A stretch of 64,000 nucleotides of DNA from a bacterium (GCA_021781955.1 JAJXVV010000003.1:27933-91932), one strand, 5' to 3'; counted from the stretch's first letter, positions 29,007-38,136 are shown. Notes: generated by a model from the letters alone, not told the origin. Made by a program: numbers and translations.

Positions 29007-30017
29007 CTACGTGGACGAGAGCGGCAGCCGCATCGTCACCTTTGTGCCTTTTCCTTTCTCACTCTCGATAGACACCTCCCCGCCATGCTGGGCGATAATC
29101 TCCTTGACGATGGAGAGGCCGAGGCCGCTGCCGTTTGTCCCTTCACCTTTGTAGAAACGCTCGAAGACGTGCGGCAGATCTTTCAGGTCGATGCCGGTAC
29201 CGGTATCAGACACGCGCATAAGCGCCTGCGGTCCCTCGCGGCGCACCTCGAGTACCACCGAACCTCCCTGCGGCGTATGTTCGATCGCATTTTGCAGGAG
29301 ATTCGTTAGTACTCGGGCGATTTCGGACGACCTCCCGAGAATAGTTATCGGAGCTGCCGCGGATATCGCAATGGAGACGCCGTTCTTGTCACCGAGCGCC
29401 TTTAGTTTCTCCGCCGTGCTTCTGGCGACTTCCGCGAGGTCTATTTGCTCTGCGGGAGCCGGTGAACGCGTATGCGAGCGCGCGAGCGTGAGGAGGTCGC
29501 TCGTCATGCTCGTGAGGTGGTCTATCTCCTCGATGTTGCTGCGCAACGCCGTCTGCATAAGTTCCTTGGTCGGCGAAGGGTTGCGCAGGAGCACTTCGAA
29601 GTCGTTGCGCATGACCGCGAGTGGCGTACGCAATTCGTGAGAAGCTTTTTCGGAGAATGCCTGCTGCGCCTCAAGTGCGCGCTGTATGGGGCGAAGCGTG
29701 TATCCGGCAAACCAGAATCCTAATGCTCCTGTACAGACCAGAATGACGGCATCGACGAGCAGCAGGTCGCGTTCGAAAGAAGTTAACGTGCGGTCGATGA
29801 ACTGCTGCTGTGCCTCATTGCTGGAGAAATCGCCGTCGACCCCGTTGCCTTCATTCAGACTCTGCTGCAGGTTGAAATAGAGAAACGCGCTGAAACCGAT
29901 CACGATGGCCGCGACGATAACGACGTAGACGCCCGTGAGCTTCAAACGGGCCCAAAAGAATACGCTACGATCGGAGACGGTATCCGATGCCCCTGACAGT
30001 TTCGATTGCTGAGCCAT
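29007..30017 (-). CDS. sensor histidine kinase
   Basis: H-box HELRTPL, N/G1/G2 boxes (LLQNAIEHT, DTGTGI, GLGLSIV). One N-terminal TM. Overlaps the RR gene end by 53 nt. Confidence 0.75.
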   Translation of the reverse strand: MAQQSKLSGASDTVSDRSVFFWARLKLTGVYVVIVAAIVIGFSAFLYFNLQQSLNEGNGVDGDFSSNEAQQQFIDRTLTSFERDLLLVDAVILVCTGALGFWFAGYTLRPIQRALEAQQAFSEKASHELRTPLAVMRNDFEVLLRNPSPTKELMQTALRSNIEEIDHLTSMTSDLLTLARSHTRSPAPAEQIDLAEVARSTAEKLKALGDKNGVSIAISAAAPITILGRSSEIARVLTNLLQNAIEHTPQGGSVVLEVRREGPQALMRVSDTGTGIDLKDLPHVFERFYKGEGTNGSGLGLSIVKEIIAQHGGEVSIESEKGKGTKVTMRLPLSST

Positions 30018-30636
30018 GTGTATCCTTCAGCTTATTCCTCAGGTTGTTAATATGCACGTCCATCGCTCGACTCGTGGGATTGAAATTAAAATCCCAGAGA
30101 TGGTCTATAATCTGCTGCCGGTCGACTACCTCGTCCGGCCTGCTCATGAAATATTCGAGCAGACGGAATTCTTTGAGCGTGAGATTGAGCTTCTTGCCCC
30201 CTTGAAATGCCTCCTGCGATGCGGGCTTGAGCAGCAGGTCTCCTACGGAAAGGTCCGGCGAGCGCGTCTCGCGCGGCCTTCTCGAAAGCGCCCGCACGCG
30301 CGATAGCAGTTCTTCCAGTGAGAAGGGCTTCACGAGGTAGTCGTCAGCGCCGCTGTCGAGACCGACGATCTTGTCGTGCGTCGTGTCGCGCGAGGTGAGC
30401 ATGATGATCGGGGTCATGATGTGCTGCTCGCGAAGGGAGCGGCATATTTCAAGTCCATTCTTGCCCGGCAGGTTGATATCGAGGATTACGACATCGTAAT
30501 CACGGTGGCTCATAAAGAGGCGGCGTTCCGCATCTTCTCCCCGCGTGAGATAGTCGGCGGCGTAACCCTCCTGGCGGAATCCTTGCGTGAGAGAACTCGC
30601 GAGCTTCTGGTTATCTTCCACGACAAGAATCCGCAT
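29965..30636 (-). CDS. OmpR-family response regulator
   Basis: Receiver domain (MRILVVEDN...DVVILDINLPGKNG...) plus winged-helix C-terminal domain (GIGYRL). Start at the MRILVVEDN Met (cat at 30634-30636). Confidence 0.85.
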   Translation of the reverse strand: MRILVVEDNQKLASSLTQGFRQEGYAADYLTRGEDAERRLFMSHRDYDVVILDINLPGKNGLEICRSLREQHIMTPIIMLTSRDTTHDKIVGLDSGADDYLVKPFSLEELLSRVRALSRRPRETRSPDLSVGDLLLKPASQEAFQGGKKLNLTLKEFRLLEYFMSRPDEVVDRQQIIDHLWDFNFNPTSRAMDVHINNLRNKLKDTHGSAIETVRGIGYRLRS

Positions 30637-30727
30637 AGTGACAACACTATATAGGAGTACGTAAGTTTTGTGTAAAGCGCAAACCCCCTCGCATGGGAGG
30701 GGGTTTGGGGACTCAGACTTGGAAGCT

Positions 30728-31108
30728 TTACTGCTCCGATGTGTCTGAAGAGCCGGCCGGCTCGCTCGCTTCGCTCTGCGCGCTGCCATCGCCATCGCCT
30801 TGTGCTGAGACGCTCGCGTGCTGCGTGCCGCTTACCGCGGCATCTGTGCCGCCGTTGCCGTCCTGATGCTCACCCTGCTGGTCGAGGGTCGATCCCGGAC
30901 CCGCCTGCACGTTGTCAGTGTCCGCCTGATCGTTCGCCGTTTCCGGCTTATCGACCGTGCCTTGCACGGAGTTGGCCGAGGAGGTAACGACCGGAGTATT
31001 GGACGTGGCGGTCGTTTGCGCGCTTGCCATGAGCGCCGTTCCGCCTGCTGCCCCCGCGAGCGCCATCATGCCCGCTGTCGCAAGAAGCAATGCCTTGTTC
31101 TTTAACAT
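30728..31108 (-). CDS. secreted acidic low-complexity protein (hypothetical)
   Basis: Signal peptide MLKNKALLLATAGMMALAGAAGG followed by a T/S/D/G/Q-rich sequence. Confidence 0.4.
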   Translation of the reverse strand: MLKNKALLLATAGMMALAGAAGGTALMASAQTTATSNTPVVTSSANSVQGTVDKPETANDQADTDNVQAGPGSTLDQQGEHQDGNGGTDAAVSGTQHASVSAQGDGDGSAQSEASEPAGSSDTSEQ

Positions 31109-31217
31109 ACAACTTTACTGTTAACTAATAACAGCAAGAGTATAGAGAGCGGCACGTAAAGTATCTGTAAAAGTACGGCGTACAAACTTTTCCGAAGCGT
31201 TTCTCAGAGCAAATCAA

Positions 31218-31676
31218 TTACGCACGATAAAAGCGGTTCATTGCGACTTTCCACGCGGATACAGCAATGAGCGCGAATACCACACTCGCAACGACGTCGA
31301 GCGGATGATGGAGACCGACATATACGCGCGCCGCGGCAACGAGTATCGCGATGGCCCACAGGGCAATGCCGAGCCACTTGTTCCAAAACATACCGACCGC
31401 AGCAAAAGCCGAGACAAGGAGGGTGTGATCGGACGGAAATCCGTTATCGGGCGCATGCGGGAGCAGCGGTGTGAAGTGTCCGACGACGAACGGGCGCGGA
31501 TCGAAGTACAGGTGGTTGGCAAGAAAACCGAGTGCATAGGTGAGCAGCCCGGCGGGGATGGCGAATAGAGCGAGGCGCACCCATGAAGCACGCGGCTGGG
31601 AGAAGAAATATGCGCCAAGAATGATGATGGGCAGTGCTATCCCGTACTGGGCTATGAATTCGAAAAATGCGTCCAT
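31218..31676 (-). CDS. PAP2-family phosphatase (undecaprenyl-diphosphatase-like)
   Basis: PSDHT and GLHHPLDV motifs (PAP2 signatures), 4 TM. Confidence 0.7.
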   Translation of the reverse strand: MDAFFEFIAQYGIALPIIILGAYFFSQPRASWVRLALFAIPAGLLTYALGFLANHLYFDPRPFVVGHFTPLLPHAPDNGFPSDHTLLVSAFAAVGMFWNKWLGIALWAIAILVAAARVYVGLHHPLDVVASVVFALIAVSAWKVAMNRFYRA

Positions 31677-31745
31677 GTTTTTCAGCAGTCGTAGCTACCT
31701 AGTATAATCCCCATGAACCATTCGCGACGAACGGTATCAAGCTGC

Positions 31746-32495
31746 CTACAGTTTATCGAACTGATACCCCTGCGCTTTCAACTTTGGCACGATCTGCTCA
31801 AGCACAATGAGGCTTTCTGGAGCATTCGGTCCGCCGATGTGCATGAGGATGGTTCCGCCGTTCGCAGCATGGGAAAGTATCGCGTGCACGATCGCGTCCG
31901 CATTCTTGTTGAACGGATCGCCGGCGATATCGGTGCCGTCATTGATGGCGTACCCGAGGCTCTTCACGAACGCGTCGTTTTGCGCGTTGGTGCACGCGCC
32001 GGGGAATCGGAAAAGAGTCGTCGTCTGCCCCGTGTCTTCCTTGATGATCTGTTCCGTCTCCTGTATCTGCCGGATCTTCTCCTGGTCGGTCGTGAGCGTC
32101 CTGAGCCAATAGCAATGCGGAACAAAAGACGATTCGTCGTAGCTGTGGTTCTCAAACCCAAATTGACTGGTTGAGGCGAGGCTGTGCATTAGATCGGGGT
32201 ATGCGACGGCGAAAAGCCCCGAAACGAAGAAGGTTGCCGGGATATGATTCTGTTCAAGGTACGAAAACACCGCCGGGTCATACCACACCTTGCCTGCACT
32301 GCGTATCTTCCGGTACATCAGCTCGTTCATGTCCATATCGAGCGTGAGGTAGATTATTTTTTGCGGGGCGACTTCCGACGATGTGGCGGCTGTCGCCGGA
32401 GCCGCTGCAGGCGGGAGCACCGGCTGATGCGAGAGCCCGACCAACGAAGAAACGGCCATGGTTATTCCGGCCAAGAGTGATGCAAAGATATGCAT
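31746..32495 (-). CDS. polysaccharide deacetylase (NodB homology domain), secreted
   Basis: Signal peptide, TFFVSGLFA, HSYDE, ILMHIGG-type NodB motifs. Confidence 0.65.
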   Translation of the reverse strand: MHIFASLLAGITMAVSSLVGLSHQPVLPPAAAPATAATSSEVAPQKIIYLTLDMDMNELMYRKIRSAGKVWYDPAVFSYLEQNHIPATFFVSGLFAVAYPDLMHSLASTSQFGFENHSYDESSFVPHCYWLRTLTTDQEKIRQIQETEQIIKEDTGQTTTLFRFPGACTNAQNDAFVKSLGYAINDGTDIAGDPFNKNADAIVHAILSHAANGGTILMHIGGPNAPESLIVLEQIVPKLKAQGYQFDKL

Positions 32496-32551
32496 TTCTA
32501 AAATCTACCATTATCGCGGCGTAATGCGCTTATACGGTATCATTACAGGTA

Positions 32552-33721
32552 ATGCGAGAAAAGTTTTTCGGTCTTCCTAGGAATATTTTCCTACTCGGCC
32601 TCACGAGTCTCTTCAACGACTTCTCGTCTGAGATGGTGTTTTCGATCTTTCCCGCGTTCTTCATCTCGGCGCTCCACGCAGGAGCGGCATCGCTCGGGCT
32701 GGTGGACGGCATCGCCGAGGCGACATCCAACCTCTTCAAAATCTACTCGGGCAGTCTCTCAGACAGGCTTGGGCGTCGCAAACCGCTCGTAATCTCGGGC
32801 TACGCGCTCTCGGTCGTGACGCGGCCTTTCTACATACTCGTTTCGACGGTCAGCGGCGTACTCGGCTTGCGCGTTATCGACCGCCTCGGTAAGGGGTTGC
32901 GCACGGCTCCACGCGACGCCATCATTTCGCTCTCGTCGGAGAAGAACGAGCTCGGCCGCTCGTTCGGCTTTCACCGCGCCATGGACACGACGGGGGCGAT
33001 ACTCGGGCCCTTGGTCGCGTACCTCATCCTGCGGACGTTCCCGCTCCAGTTCAACTACGTATTCCTTACTGCGTTCGGCGTCGGCTTGCTCACGCTTCTC
33101 ACGCTAGCATTCATCTCGGATGTTGCCACGCATGGCAACGCGCAACGCGCCCAACTCTTGGCGTCGTTCAAAGAACTCTCTCCGCGCTTCAAGCTTTTTC
33201 TCCTCGCCGTGTTCGTACTCTCGGCCGGAAGCCTGCCGGTCGCGGTGGTGCTTCTCAAGACAGCGTCACTCGGCCTTGCAGTCGCCGACATTCCACTCTT
33301 TTTTGCCGTGTATAGCATCTCCTATGCGATCTTCTCCATACCGGCCGGAAGGCTCTCCGATCATGTCGGGGCACGCACCGTCATCTTCGTCGGCTATCTT
33401 GTCCTCATCGCCAGCTATGCTGTGCTCAATTTCGCATACGGCGCGTGGACGCTCGCCATTGCCTTTCTCGTGTTCGGCCTATTTCCCGCGCTCACGGACG
33501 GCGTGCAGCGTTCTCTTGCTGCACGGCTCACGGGCGAGACTGTTCGCGGCGGCGGTTTGGGATGGCTCAATGCATCGGTCGGGTTTGGCGCACTTCTTGC
33601 GGGCATAGCGGGAGGATATTTATGGCAGACATACAGCCCGACAACCGCATTTTTCACTGGTGGCATTGTTGTGATGTTTGGACTCCTGCTTCTCCTCGTT
33701 TCAGGAAGCCAGAAGGGCTAG
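32552..33721 (+). CDS. MFS transporter
   Basis: 12-TM MFS topology with a DRLGRRKP-type motif between TM2 and TM3. Confidence 0.7.
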   Translation: MREKFFGLPRNIFLLGLTSLFNDFSSEMVFSIFPAFFISALHAGAASLGLVDGIAEATSNLFKIYSGSLSDRLGRRKPLVISGYALSVVTRPFYILVSTVSGVLGLRVIDRLGKGLRTAPRDAIISLSSEKNELGRSFGFHRAMDTTGAILGPLVAYLILRTFPLQFNYVFLTAFGVGLLTLLTLAFISDVATHGNAQRAQLLASFKELSPRFKLFLLAVFVLSAGSLPVAVVLLKTASLGLAVADIPLFFAVYSISYAIFSIPAGRLSDHVGARTVIFVGYLVLIASYAVLNFAYGAWTLAIAFLVFGLFPALTDGVQRSLAARLTGETVRGGGLGWLNASVGFGALLAGIAGGYLWQTYSPTTAFFTGGIVVMFGLLLLLVSGSQKG

Positions 33722-33781
33722 AAGTTACCAACTCCGAGGAGGAACGGATGCTCTGGACTCCTTCACTAAAGGCGTCATTCC

Positions 33782-35119
33782 TTGGGGTGTATGGACACCA
33801 TTACGAGGGCACCCCTGGGCGGTATTAGCAGGCAGGCCGTACAAGCGCCCGTAAGGATCAAATACTGCCTGTATGCAAGAAAGAGCACCGAGAGTGAGGA
33901 GCGGCAGGTGCTTTCGATAGATAGCCAGATCAAGGAGATGCTCCAGCTGGCCGACCGAGAAGGGCTTGAGGTAGTGGAGATGAAGCGCGAGTCTCACTCG
34001 GCAAAGGAAACTGGCAAGCGGCCGGTATTCAATGAGATCGTCGACGAGCTCCGGGCTGGCAAGTATAACGGTATCCTCACCTGGGCACCGGATCGTATCA
34101 GCCGTAACGCCGGGGACCTTGGCAAGATTGTCGACCTCATGGATGCGGGAGCATTGATGGAGATTCGCACATACGGTCAGAGTTTCAAGAATAATCCGAA
34201 TGAGAAGTTCCTTCTCATGATTCTCGGCTCGCAAGCCAAACTCGAGAACGACAATCGCGGAGTGAACGTGAAGCGCGGGTTGCGGACGCGCTGCGAGATG
34301 GGTTTGCGGCCGGGCGTAGCACCGGTCGGCTACAACAACGAGAAGCATGCTGACAAGAAGTGCCACGCAATCGTTGATCCGGCGCGCGCGCCGATCGTGA
34401 AGCAGATGTTTGAGAAAGTCGCCAACGAGAAGTGGAGCGGCAGGCGCATACACCAGTGGCTCAAGTTCGAGCTCAACTTCAAGAGTCGGGGCAACAAGAA
34501 CATGACGCTTAGCAGCGTGTACGTAGTACTCCAGAACCACTTCTACTACGGCATGTTTGAGTACCCGGTAAACAGCGGGAATTGGTACGAGGGCAGACAC
34601 CAGCCGCTCATCACCAAAGAATTGTTCGACAAGACGCAAGAGCAACTCAAGCGCGACCGGATCGTGCGCTCCGACATTAAGGAATTTGCCTTCACCAAGC
34701 TTATGGTATGCGGCCTGTGTGGCTCCGGCATCTCCGCTGACGAGAAGTTTAAGAAGCTCAAGGATGGAACCTCTAACCGCTATGTGTACTACGGCTGCAC
34801 CCGAGCGCGGGACAAGAGCTGTAAGGGCGGCTACGTGCGCGAGGAGGCGCTCATCGAGCAGATGGTGAAAGTGATGGACAAGGTCGATTTCAACAAGATG
34901 GCCATGCGTGACAAGTTCGAGGCCGAGGTAGAGCGCATGCGGAAGTTCCAGCGTGCATTCACTGGCGGAGATGATGCCAAACCACGGAAGGACATAGATC
35001 TGTGCGACTACGCGAAGTACCTGCTCAAGGAAGGCAGCGTTACGGAAAAACGAGAGCTGCTACTTTGCATCAAAAGCAAGCTGGTGCTTACCAGAAGCGA
35101 ATTGAAACTCGAAAACTAG
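33782..35119 (+). CDS. large serine recombinase (resolvase/integrase family)
   Basis: N-terminal resolvase domain with nucleophile context YARKSTESEE and a conserved GILTWAPDRISRN block, then a recombinase domain and a zinc-ribbon (CGLCGS...YYGC...C). About 445 aa. Confidence 0.8.
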   Translation: MGCMDTITRAPLGGISRQAVQAPVRIKYCLYARKSTESEERQVLSIDSQIKEMLQLADREGLEVVEMKRESHSAKETGKRPVFNEIVDELRAGKYNGILTWAPDRISRNAGDLGKIVDLMDAGALMEIRTYGQSFKNNPNEKFLLMILGSQAKLENDNRGVNVKRGLRTRCEMGLRPGVAPVGYNNEKHADKKCHAIVDPARAPIVKQMFEKVANEKWSGRRIHQWLKFELNFKSRGNKNMTLSSVYVVLQNHFYYGMFEYPVNSGNWYEGRHQPLITKELFDKTQEQLKRDRIVRSDIKEFAFTKLMVCGLCGSGISADEKFKKLKDGTSNRYVYYGCTRARDKSCKGGYVREEALIEQMVKVMDKVDFNKMAMRDKFEAEVERMRKFQRAFTGGDDAKPRKDIDLCDYAKYLLKEGSVTEKRELLLCIKSKLVLTRSELKLEN

Positions 35120-36052
35120 TTATCTAGAATCGAGGTCTCGCGTCTCGCCATTTATGTAATCAGGAATATCTCGGTTCTTTTCACTGATGATCCTTTCCAT
35201 CTCATCAATTTGACGAATTGTGGGTTTATCGTCGTGACGCATAGCAATTTGACGTCCTTTTGCAAGATATCGTTTTGCTGCTCGGAATCGATATGCAGTC
35301 TTCAGATCATTGGCTAAGTTATGGTATGCGATCGCGGCAAGAGGATCATTCAATTCCTCAAACAACGCTGCGGCAACAAGAAAGCTGTCGGTAAATTTCT
35401 TAACATGGGCATTTAATTTGCGGGCATCACCGTTTGAAAGCAGTAACAAATATTCAGGCAGAGGATAACGCATAAATTCGTATCTGCTCCAAAGTTTTGT
35501 TCGCAGACCACCGCGCATGCAAACGACCTTGTATTGTATATAACGAGAACTTTCAATGCTGCCTTTCGCCATTAAAACAAGTGCTTGAATTCTCTTATTT
35601 CCAGTTTGGTTTGCAAGTGAAATAGCATCGGCGAGCGAGCTATCAATCCCGGCTTCGAGTGTCTGCACTTCAGCAGATAATGAGTCAAACTCCTGTTTTT
35701 CAGCTTCGGTCGCAAACTCGACCCATCTTGGCGGGAGTTTTAGCATCGCCATTCGATGGCGACGCAGCACAACCTGATGCATTGACATATCTGCAAGGCG
35801 TCCCAAAAAATGAGCGCGAAGATCCTTTAAATTTAGTGCTGAGGTTATCTTTAACCCTTCTACGAGGAGAGCCAATATTTTCAGATTGTCTTCCACTGGA
35901 GATAGAACACCAATGGCTACATCGATAAATTGAAGGCGGGTGTGAGGATCTTTAATTTGAGGATCCAGCTTTAACAAGTTGGCACGCGCTTGAGTACGCT
36001 TGCCCTCCGACGCCAAAGTAAGCGCTTTTTTAATTTCATCTTTTTGTGACAT
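35120..36052 (-). CDS. hypothetical alpha-helical protein (third gene of HNH/DUF4238-like cassette)
   Basis: 310 aa. Lower GC than its surroundings. Its start overlaps the upstream gene end by 17 nt; its stop abuts the recombinase stop (convergent, 0-nt gap). Confidence 0.5.
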   Translation of the reverse strand: MSQKDEIKKALTLASEGKRTQARANLLKLDPQIKDPHTRLQFIDVAIGVLSPVEDNLKILALLVEGLKITSALNLKDLRAHFLGRLADMSMHQVVLRRHRMAMLKLPPRWVEFATEAEKQEFDSLSAEVQTLEAGIDSSLADAISLANQTGNKRIQALVLMAKGSIESSRYIQYKVVCMRGGLRTKLWSRYEFMRYPLPEYLLLLSNGDARKLNAHVKKFTDSFLVAAALFEELNDPLAAIAYHNLANDLKTAYRFRAAKRYLAKGRQIAMRHDDKPTIRQIDEMERIISEKNRDIPDYINGETRDLDSR

Positions 36053-36962
36053 GGCGATATTGGTACCACAATTTTAATTCATGCCAGCGCATCGAAGCTT
36101 GGTGTCGCAGTATTTTAAGAATAAAGAAAAAGTCCAGCGGATAGCGGCGGTACCAATGGCGACGAGCTCTTGAGCTGTTTGCTATAAAGTATTTATAAGA
36201 ATGCCCCACAGTCATACGGTTCGATTCCTCAACCTCAGTTTTATCCCTGAGTACATACCCCCGTAACGGGCTTCGGCTCATGCAAAGTAATATCTCTGGA
36301 GAAAGTGGAAGATACACCTCGACTCGTTCTTGCCCAAGGTCAGGACCGTAAGCACGCTGCCATTGGAGTTCAGGATTGAATACCTGACAAGGGTCGTCAG
36401 AGGTGATGTATTTTGCGCCCCCATCCGAACAGAGGAAGGCGATGTTCATATCCATGAGCATCATTGCCACATCAGGCAGGAGCTGAACGAAATTCAGCTT
36501 ATGGCCATTTTCCATTTCTTGCTTTAGGCCTTGGCGTTCTTCTGGAGTAACGTCGGGGCTCATTTGTTCCATCAACTGATCGTGAAAGCGCTGCATGTTA
36601 TCCCTGAAGCGTGGCGTACGTTGAAGCATCGCTGCAACGAATACACGTAACGTTATGCGTTCGTCTTCAGTGAGTGGTAATCGCTGACTGATCTTATCTT
36701 TGAAAAGAGCTGCATATTTTCCTTCAAGGGTCGCTAGCGTTTCTTCGATGGAATAGTTTTTCTCGCCAGACTTCAGCTTAAGCGTGTATAGATCCTTTTC
36801 AACGAAAACGTTCGTTATCGAACTTTTACGGCCCTTCTTCTCGCCTTTATTAAAAGTCCAGAGATAGGAGGTCTTTCTAAAAAGGAAGTCCGAAGCGGCC
36901 CACTCTCGTAGGTAGCATTGCGGAACGTAATGTTGTCTGGTTGGACCTTTTGCCACGACCAA
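36036..36962 (-). CDS. DUF4238-like protein (hypothetical)
   Basis: The N-terminus TRQHYVPQCYLREW matches the HYVPQ-YL motif I recall as defining DUF4238. TTG/GTG start with AGGGG about 7 nt upstream. AT-richer than the host background. Confidence 0.5.
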   Translation of the reverse strand: MVVAKGPTRQHYVPQCYLREWAASDFLFRKTSYLWTFNKGEKKGRKSSITNVFVEKDLYTLKLKSGEKNYSIEETLATLEGKYAALFKDKISQRLPLTEDERITLRVFVAAMLQRTPRFRDNMQRFHDQLMEQMSPDVTPEERQGLKQEMENGHKLNFVQLLPDVAMMLMDMNIAFLCSDGGAKYITSDDPCQVFNPELQWQRAYGPDLGQERVEVYLPLSPEILLCMSRSPLRGYVLRDKTEVEESNRMTVGHSYKYFIANSSRARRHWYRRYPLDFFFILKILRHQASMRWHELKLWYQYRHVTKR

Positions 36963-36990
36963 ACGATACCCCTACTTTGTCTTTTCCGCA

Positions 36991-37767
36991 CTAAGGAGCG
37001 AAAGGGTCTAGGGCATCATGATTTGGAGATACGTTCCTTTCGGAAATTCCCAGTGCTGCGCCCTGCGGGACAAGACCCGATGGAAGAACATAGAAACCTG
37101 CACAACCTCTCGCGTCTTGGTCGCGTACCTTACCCAAGTCTTTCCAATCGTAAACATCGAGCGCGAAGAAGCACATCCATGGACCGTTGTTATCCGCCTG
37201 ATTCCAAACACATTCATAGGTAAGATTACCTTTGTTACACTGGACTTTATCGAGATTGTTTTTCGCGCGATTGTCTTTTATAGCTTGAACGAATGCAGCG
37301 TGCTGAGGAAGGATCGGATCGATAACCGGCTTACCATGTACCATGCGCCCGCGAGGAAATGGGGTTACGAGTGCACAGTTATCTCGTATATCGAGCACCG
37401 GTTCTTTGTATAGAGCGGCATGAAAGCCGCTGATCCAGCGCCATACAGCTTCGTCAACATCCAAGTTCGTGAGGGCACCAAGTTGTGGATTTATGACCAG
37501 GCGGCGATGTTTCGGATCCGATGGTTTTTTGCCGTACCGAAGTGCGATAAGCTGGGCAATCTTTTCATCGGTTAAGGTGTGCGCACTGTTGCAAGCTTGG
37601 TGCGTCGGCAAAATCAAGGGATCTTTATGATCCGTTTGGAAGATAGAGTCGGGCGGAACATGATCGCGATTTTTGACATCTCCTGCCGCGAACATTTTCC
37701 CGCACAAATAGCAGAACGGAAGGTTCTGCACTGGGCGACGTTCAGTTTGCGTAATGAGCGAAATCAT
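36991..37767 (-). CDS. HNH-nuclease-domain protein (N-terminal HNH-like motif plus about 190-aa unknown C-terminal domain)
   Basis: C-x2-C ... NRDHVPP ... HQACNSAH follows the HNH pattern (Zn ligands plus catalytic His-Pro). Start at MISLITQ (cat at 37765-37767). The longer ORF-track version (to 38058) reads through tRNA-Ser and is an artefact. Confidence 0.5.
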   Translation of the reverse strand: MISLITQTERRPVQNLPFCYLCGKMFAAGDVKNRDHVPPDSIFQTDHKDPLILPTHQACNSAHTLTDEKIAQLIALRYGKKPSDPKHRRLVINPQLGALTNLDVDEAVWRWISGFHAALYKEPVLDIRDNCALVTPFPRGRMVHGKPVIDPILPQHAAFVQAIKDNRAKNNLDKVQCNKGNLTYECVWNQADNNGPWMCFFALDVYDWKDLGKVRDQDARGCAGFYVLPSGLVPQGAALGISERNVSPNHDALDPFAP

Positions 37768-37811
37768 ATTGAGTCGGACTATTTTACGACGAAAACGCCC
37801 CGACGTGGGAC

Positions 37812-37841
37812 GGTCGCGAAACACGGTCTCACGTTCCTGCG
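37812..37841. repeat. direct repeat copy B (abuts/overlaps by 2 nt the 3' end of tRNA-Ser)
   Basis: See copy A at 17241-17270. Confidence 0.6.
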
Positions 37842-37926
37842 GAGAGGGAGGGATTCGAACCCTCGATACCGTTTCCAGTATGCCGCATTTCGAGTGCGGT
37901 GCCTTCGACCACTCAGCCACCTCTCC
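37840..37926 (-). tRNA. tRNA-Ser (anticodon CGA), long variable arm, no encoded CCA
   Basis: Reverse complement folds as GGAGAGG / D-arm / CCGCA-CTCGAAA-TGCGG / 18-nt variable arm / GAGGG-TTCGAAT-CCCTC / CCTCTCC plus G. Confidence 0.85.
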
Positions 37927-38063
37927 CAGTACCACCCCGAAAGGGGTGGTCCTCCCGCAAAACGCGGGGAAAATGACCTGGCCACCATCAAAATAGCACA
38001 CTTTCGAGCCGTGAAAAAATGCGTTACACTGCAGACGATTCGCGCATGCTGCGAACAAAAGAC

Positions 38064-38135
38064 GGCCCTATCGTCTAGTGGTTAGGACAGCAGCTTTTCA
38101 AGCTGTTAACTCGGGTTCGATTCCCGATAGGGTCA
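38064..38135 (+). tRNA. tRNA-Glu (anticodon TTC), no encoded CCA
   Basis: GGCCCTA acceptor with D-arm GTCT/GGAC, anticodon arm GCAGC-TTTTCAA-GCTGT, T-arm TCGGG-TTCGATT-CCCGA, TAGGGTC plus A. Confidence 0.8.
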
Positions 38136-38136
38136 A

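Larger units (their letters stand above)
17241..37841. mobile_element. candidate integrated element (about 20.6 kb) bounded by 30-bp direct repeats, right end at tRNA-Ser
   Basis: Direct repeats at both ends. Contents: ParB-MTase fusion, HTH genes, an AT-rich orphan gene, a large serine recombinase, and an HNH/DUF4238-like cassette. GC content inside is heterogeneous. The middle part (ABC-2/TCS/MFS) looks host-like, so the element may be composite or the interpretation may be wrong. Confidence 0.35.

Noticed and set aside
33782-35119. Treating the serine recombinase as the enzyme that generated the 30-bp direct repeats
   Set aside because: Serine integrases recombine through a 2-bp crossover and do not create long target duplications. 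The repeats and the recombinase may belong to different events, so this is kept as an open caveat rather than a claim.
36991-38058. 355-aa ORF in the track extending from the HNH-like gene through tRNA-Ser
   Set aside because: Residues 30-75 of the predicted protein (…GEVAEWSKAPHSKCGILETVSRVRIPPSP…) are simply the translation of the tRNA-Ser gene. The real gene starts at the MISLITQ Met (37767), downstream of the tRNA.
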